This document shows positions 59,567-64,000 of a stretch of DNA of 64,000 bases, piece by piece (position 1 is the first letter of the stretch; each line of letters opens with the position of its first letter). The DNA is from an uncultured Chloroflexia bacterium. GTDB lineage: Bacteria; Chloroflexota; Anaerolineae; B4-G1; SLSP01. The stretch lies in contig CAVVUS010000043.1 of NCBI GenBank assembly GCA_963751345.1, forward strand, positions 1-64,000, given 5' to 3'. The notes beneath the pieces are model-generated. The model did not search any database. It worked only from the letters and a program-made list of their open reading frames with translations, and was not told the DNA's origin. The position numbers and the translations under genes were made by a program.

Positions 59567-61454
59567 TCAAAGCCCCTGCTCAGACCCTGCCGACGAAGCC
59601 GCAACCTGCTCCAGCAGCGACTGGATGCGCGGCACCATCTGCGCCGGGTTCGGATGGAGACCCTCCAGCAGCAGCAGATTCTCAAACAACTGCTCGATCG
59701 CCAGATCGACCAACGCGTCTGACGCCGGTTTCTCTACCAGCTTGCCCAGGTTGCGGATCAAAGGATGTCCCCGGTTGATCTCCAGGATCTTCGCCGGGAC
59801 CTCGTAATTCTCCTCAAGCATGCGGCGCACCCGCTCCATGTCCCGTTCCACTCCCCCCTCCGCCGAGACGAGCCGGCAAGGGCTCCCCTTCAGCACCTTG
59901 GACTCCCTGACGTCCGCGACCCGGTCGCCCGAGGACGTTCTTGAACCGGACAATGAGCTTGCCGAACAGCTCAGGACCCAACTCCGGCGTCGAAGGTTCC
60001 TTCTCCTCCTCGCCAGCCTCCGGGAGATTCAAATCCGGATCGTCCACGTTGGAGAGCGGCTTGCCGTCAAACTCTCGCAGGCTCTGGACCATAAACGCGT
60101 CCATTGGATCGACCAGGTAGAGCACCTCCAGGTCGTTGGCTCGCAGGGCATCCAGGTGAGGACTGCTCTCCACGGACGCCATGCTGTCACCCAACAGGTA
60201 GTAAATGCCGGCCTGGTTCTCCTGCATACGCCCGACGTAGTCCGCGAGCGACACCAGCTCGCCGTCGGACTTTGACGTTGGGAATCTCAGCAGCGGGAGC
60301 AGATCGTCGCGGCCCGCAAAGTCGGTCGCCACTCCCTCCTTGATGAACGGGCCCCACGCCTCCCAGAAGATCTTGTAGTCCTCGGGATTCTCCTCACCGA
60401 GCTCCTGGATCGTCTTGAGCAGCCGGGTGCGCAGCGCGCGCTTGATGTGGCCGATCGCACGGCTGGTCTGAACCGTCTCGCGCGCGACGTTGAGCGGGAT
60501 GTCTGCCGAATCGACCACGCCCTCTACAAATCGCAGATATTCGGGCAGCAGTTCCTTGTTATGCTCCTGGATGAGGATCTTGCGCGAATAGAGCTTCAAT
60601 CCGTAATCCACCCGGGTGCGCAGAATTCCGTGGTCCCGGTCGCGGGGGACGTAGAGGATGCTCCGTATCTCAACCGGGGAATCGGACACGATGTGGACGT
60701 GAAGCAGCGGGTCCCCAAGGCCCATGGACAACTGCCGGTAGAAGTCGTTGTACGCCGCCTCGTCGACCTGGCTCGCCGGGAGACGCCAGATCGCCGTCTG
60801 CTGGTTGGCCACGGTCTCGCGCACGTAGATGGGGAAGGAGACGTAGTTAGAGTGTGTCTTGACGATCTGCTCCAGCCGCCACGACGACGTATACTCCTTG
60901 GCATCCTCCTTGAGCGTGATCTCGATGGTAGTGCCGCGTTCCGCCTTCTCGGCCGGGCTGAGACGATAGGTGCTGTCGCCTGTCGAGGTCCAGGTCCACG
61001 CCTCCGCATCCGGCAGGTAGGACCGCGAGGTCACACGTACCTCGTCGGCGACCATAAAGACCGCGTAGAATCCCACGCCGAACTGGCCGATAACGTCGTC
61101 GAGCTTCTGGCCCTCCTCAAGTGTCTTGAGAAACGCCATCGCGCCGGAATGTGCGATCGTGCCCAGGTTCTCAACCAACTCGTCGCGCGTCATCCCGATG
61201 CCGGTATCCGATATCGTCAGGGTGTTGGCCTCGTCGTCGCCGTCAACGTGGATGGCGAGCTCGACCTCAGGATCCAGCACGTCGTGGTTCGTCAACATAA
61301 CGAACTGGACGCGATGCAGTGCATCCGACGCATTCGAGATCAGCTCGCGCAAGAAGATGTCTCGCTCCTTGTAGAGAGAATGAGACAGGATCCGCAACAA
61401 CTGCTGGACCTCGGCCTTGAACTCCATCGATTCCGTTTTCTGCTCTTCAGCCAT
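59567..61454 (-). CDS. htpG: Molecular chaperone HtpG/Hsp90 (frameshift near 59930)
   Basis: FLRELISNASDA, DTGIGM, NLGTIAHSG, IGQFGVGFY, LNVARE and LEINRGHPLI. Confidence 0.93.
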
Positions 61455-61713
61455 GCGTCGTCCTCCTGATCAAGCTATACAACCTATGCTCCATGATACG
61501 CGACGATGATTAGAACGGGATTAGAGTTTCGTTAGCGAGACGATGATCACAGCACTATCTCGCTCTAACACCGAACTTACGTGTTTCTTATGCGCCGCCT
61601 ATCTGGCTCTAATCTCCATGCGCTACACTGGGGTCATCAGTTAAGTCAGAGAGTACATGGCTTATGGAAAAACAGTATGACAGAGAAGAGACCTTTACAA
61701 AGGAGGCCAGAAC

Positions 61714-62157
61714 ATGTTGAGCAATCCATTCGACACCAGGTCGAGTAACCGTGAGATGGAGCGGCTGCGCCGCGAGATGACCCAGCTCTTCGAGCAACTG
61801 GATCGCGGTCCCCGCCTGAACGTAGCGGCCACCTATCCGGCGATGAACGTCTGGACCAACGACGATGGCGCGGTCGTCACCGCGGAACTTCCGGGAATGG
61901 ACGCCGACGATCTCGAGATCTCCGTTCAGGGCGACACACTATCGCTCCGGGGCAACCGTCCGGCGGAGGACGTGAATGAGGACGTGACCTTCCATCGACG
62001 CGAGCGAGGATCGGGCCGGTTCCAGCGAGCCTTCCAGTTGCCCTTCACCGTCGAGGCAAGCAAGGTCGAGGCCACCTACAAGAAAGGCGTGCTTTGGGTC
62101 TTCTTGCCGCGCGCCGAAGCTGACAAACCAAGGAAGATCGAGGTCAGGTCCGCCTGA
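61714..62157 (+). CDS. Hsp20/alpha-crystallin small heat-shock protein
   Basis: YPAMNVW, AELPG, RRERGSGRF and ATYKKGVL. Confidence 0.92.
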   Translation: MLSNPFDTRSSNREMERLRREMTQLFEQLDRGPRLNVAATYPAMNVWTNDDGAVVTAELPGMDADDLEISVQGDTLSLRGNRPAEDVNEDVTFHRRERGSGRFQRAFQLPFTVEASKVEATYKKGVLWVFLPRAEADKPRKIEVRSA

Positions 62158-62205
62158 CACAACAGAAACGATTGAGCGCGCATAGCGCCCAGAGGAGGTA
62201 ACACC

Positions 62206-62616
62206 ATGGCAGACTCACAGGAAATTCAGGTCCAGGAAGCTGAGAAGCAAGAAGTGGTAGAAAGCGGAGTTGAGCGAACCCGCGCGCAGCGGGCCTTTGT
62301 GCCCCGCGTGGATATCTACGAGACCGAAGATGCAATTGCGGTCATGGCCGATATGCCGGGGGTGGACGCCGAATCGCTGGATATCTCGCTGGAGCAGAGC
62401 GTGCTGACGATCAACGGCTTGGTCGACCCCACGCCGCCCGAGGGCTATGCGCTGGCCTATGCCGAATACCGCACGGGCGATTACGTGCGCAGCTTCACGC
62501 TCTCCAACCAGATCGACCAGAGCGCCATTGAAGCTTCGATCAAGGACGGCGTGCTCCGGCTCCACCTACCCAAGGTGAGGCCCACGACCAAGAAGATCAC
62601 CGTTTCGGCGGCGTAA
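62206..62616 (+). CDS. Hsp20/alpha-crystallin small heat-shock protein
   Basis: PRVDIYE, ADMPGV, RSFTL and DGVLRLHLPK. Confidence 0.92.
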   Translation: MADSQEIQVQEAEKQEVVESGVERTRAQRAFVPRVDIYETEDAIAVMADMPGVDAESLDISLEQSVLTINGLVDPTPPEGYALAYAEYRTGDYVRSFTLSNQIDQSAIEASIKDGVLRLHLPKVRPTTKKITVSAA

Positions 62617-62708
62617 GGAACTCAAGGGATTAGGGGCTGGCGATCGGGGATTAGGCCGGAAACATCTGGCCCAATCCCTGGTTCTTGTCCAACCCCTTGT
62701 CACCTTGC

Positions 62709-62737
62709 TTGACGCTTTTTTGGGTTGCGGGTATAAT
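62709..62737 (+). promoter_or_regulatory. tRNA promoter TTGACG-N17-TATAAT
   Basis: Hexamers at 62709-62714 and 62732-62737, 18 nt before the tRNA. Confidence 0.75.
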
Positions 62738-62755
62738 GCGACGCGTAGCAGGTAA

Positions 62756-62828
62756 TCCTCGGTAGCTCAATTGGCAGAGCGACCGGCTGTTAACCGGTTG
62801 GTTGCTGGTTCGAGTCCAGCCCGAGGAG
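62756..62828 (+). tRNA. tRNA-Asn(GTT)
   Basis: Acceptor stem TCCTCGG/CCGAGGA, D arm TAGCTCAATTGGCAGAGC, anticodon arm CCGG-CTGTTAA-CCGG and T loop GGTTCGAGTCC. CCA is not encoded (GCCT follows). Confidence 0.95.
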
Positions 62829-62837
62829 CCTGAAGCG

Positions 62838-62877
62838 AAGGGGGGCGCCACGTGACGACGTGGCGCCCCCCCTTTTT
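62838..62877 (+). terminator. Intrinsic terminator after the tRNA
   Basis: GGGGGGCGCCACGT-gacg-ACGTGGCGCCCCCC followed by a T tract. Confidence 0.85.
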
Positions 62878-63035
62878 GTGTCGTAGGCAGGGTCCCCTTT
62901 GCGACCGCTAGTGGTTGAGAGGAACCAAGGCCGCGTCACAGCGTTTAGGGTTGCCGGATCAGAATTAAGAGGTATTATTGTCTATAAAATAGATAATAAT
63001 ACCGTCTGAGCATCGAGTAGAAGGCTGGTACTCCA

Positions 63036-63416
63036 GTGGCATCGAGACTGAAGTGGATCAACCTGGCTCTAAGAAGCCTTATGGAGACAGGCATCGTTGC
63101 CGCCTTCGCCTACTGGGGATTCCACACTGGCCAAGGACTCGGCACCAAGGTCCTGTTTGGCGTGGGCGCTCCCCTGGTCGGCTTTGGAGTCTGGGGCACC
63201 GTCGATTTCCACAGGTCAGGTAAGTTATCTGAACCCCTCCGCCTGATCGAAGAACTGATCATCTCCGGGCTAGCCGCCGTTGCCCTATACACATCCGGAC
63301 AGTATGTTCTTGGCTGGACCCTCGGCGCGCTCTCAATCGTCTATCACGCCTTGGTGTACGCGTCAGGTGGATCGCTGCTCAAGTCGCAGGCTGTTTCACC
63401 GGCTCACCTAAGGTAG
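63036..63416 (+). CDS. YrdB/DUF2568-like membrane protein
   Basis: NLALRSLME..YWG..GAPL..WG..LRLIEEL pattern with 4 TM. Confidence 0.7.
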   Translation: MASRLKWINLALRSLMETGIVAAFAYWGFHTGQGLGTKVLFGVGAPLVGFGVWGTVDFHRSGKLSEPLRLIEELIISGLAAVALYTSGQYVLGWTLGALSIVYHALVYASGGSLLKSQAVSPAHLR

Positions 63417-63433
63417 AAGAAAGGAAACGCACG

Positions 63434-64000
63434 ATGCAGACACAATATCTCGATCATATGGAAGGAACACTTGCCTACACGGATTACGGCGGCGACGGTC
63501 AACCTGTGCTCATGTTGCCTGGATTGGGTGCTCTCCGCAGCGAGTATCGCTACCTCGCCCCGAAGCTGAGAGACGCAGGGTATCGCGCCGTCACGGCCGA
63601 CCTGCGCGGACATGGCGAGTCCAGCGTCCCGTGGAAGACCTACGACGTGCCCTCTGTCGGGGGTGACATCCTGGCATTGATCGACCACCTCGGTGCCGGA
63701 CCCGTACATCTAATTGGCACATCCTTCGGCGGCGCTGCGGTGGTATGGGCCGCAGCAGAAGCGCCGGCGTCCACACTTTCGGTGGTGCTCATCAATCCGT
63801 TTGCGCGGGCGGAGAAGATCAACCCGGTCATGAATGCCCTATTCTGGCTCGTGCTGCACAATCCCTGGCGTGTAGCCATGTGGACTGCCTATTACGGCCG
63901 CCTGTACCCGACGCACAAGCCTGACGACTTTCAGGACTACATCCGCTCGCTCAGGGAGAACATGAAACAGCCGGGCCGTATGGATGCAGCCTCCGGACTG
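63434..64000 (+). CDS. Alpha/beta hydrolase (runs off the window end)
   Basis: Translated by hand from ATG63434: PVLMLPGLG, DLRGHGES and nucleophile motif GTSFG. Confidence 0.85.
   Translation, partial: MQTQYLDHMEGTLAYTDYGGDGQPVLMLPGLGALRSEYRYLAPKLRDAGYRAVTADLRGHGESSVPWKTYDVPSVGGDILALIDHLGAGPVHLIGTSFGGAAVVWAAAEAPASTLSVVLINPFARAEKINPVMNALFWLVLHNPWRVAMWTAYYGRLYPTHKPDDFQDYIRSLRENMKQPGRMDAASGL

Noticed and set aside
61455-61713. CIRCE, HAIR or CtsR box
   Set aside because: No TTAGCACTC-N9-GAGTGCTAA or CTTGAGT-N7-ACTCAAG. The GGTCA-like stretch is too weak for CtsR.
62756-64000. Genomic island integrated at tRNA-Asn
   Set aside because: No integrase or duplicated tRNA 3' end was seen, and a normal terminator follows the tRNA.
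1-64000. CRISPR arrays, rRNA, transposases, prophage genes
   Set aside because: None recognised on either strand.

Overview
High-GC bacterial chromosomal window, densely coding. Gene content and protein style suggest Chloroflexota/Anaerolineae (inference, not a database result). About 15 genes, including housekeeping ones such as htpG and a prephenate dehydrogenase, are broken by 1-bp frameshifts that restore cleanly, which points to long-read indel errors rather than real pseudogenes. Most of the window is core content: a CarH-like B12 photoreceptor with a divergent operon, a two-component system, malQ, a Gld-type ABC system, a nucleoside ABC system, rnz, rtcA, murJ, priA, htpG, two Hsp20 genes and tRNA-Asn. 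The standout is the operon at 21650-30125. It encodes a Zn-ribbon membrane protein, an RRE-radical SAM-SPASM enzyme, a methionine-synthase reactivation domain, a paralogous rSAM/SPASM protein whose CxxxCxxC loop is deleted, two large membrane proteins that both end in the identical tail CACACAGCACACACAGGGR, and a class I methyltransferase. This looks like a RiPP-like modification system acting on Cys-Ala tails of membrane proteins. Several phased or palindromic regulatory motifs and a possible leader-peptide attenuator upstream of an eRF1-like (baeRF) gene are also visible. No CRISPR array, rRNA, integrase or IS element was seen.
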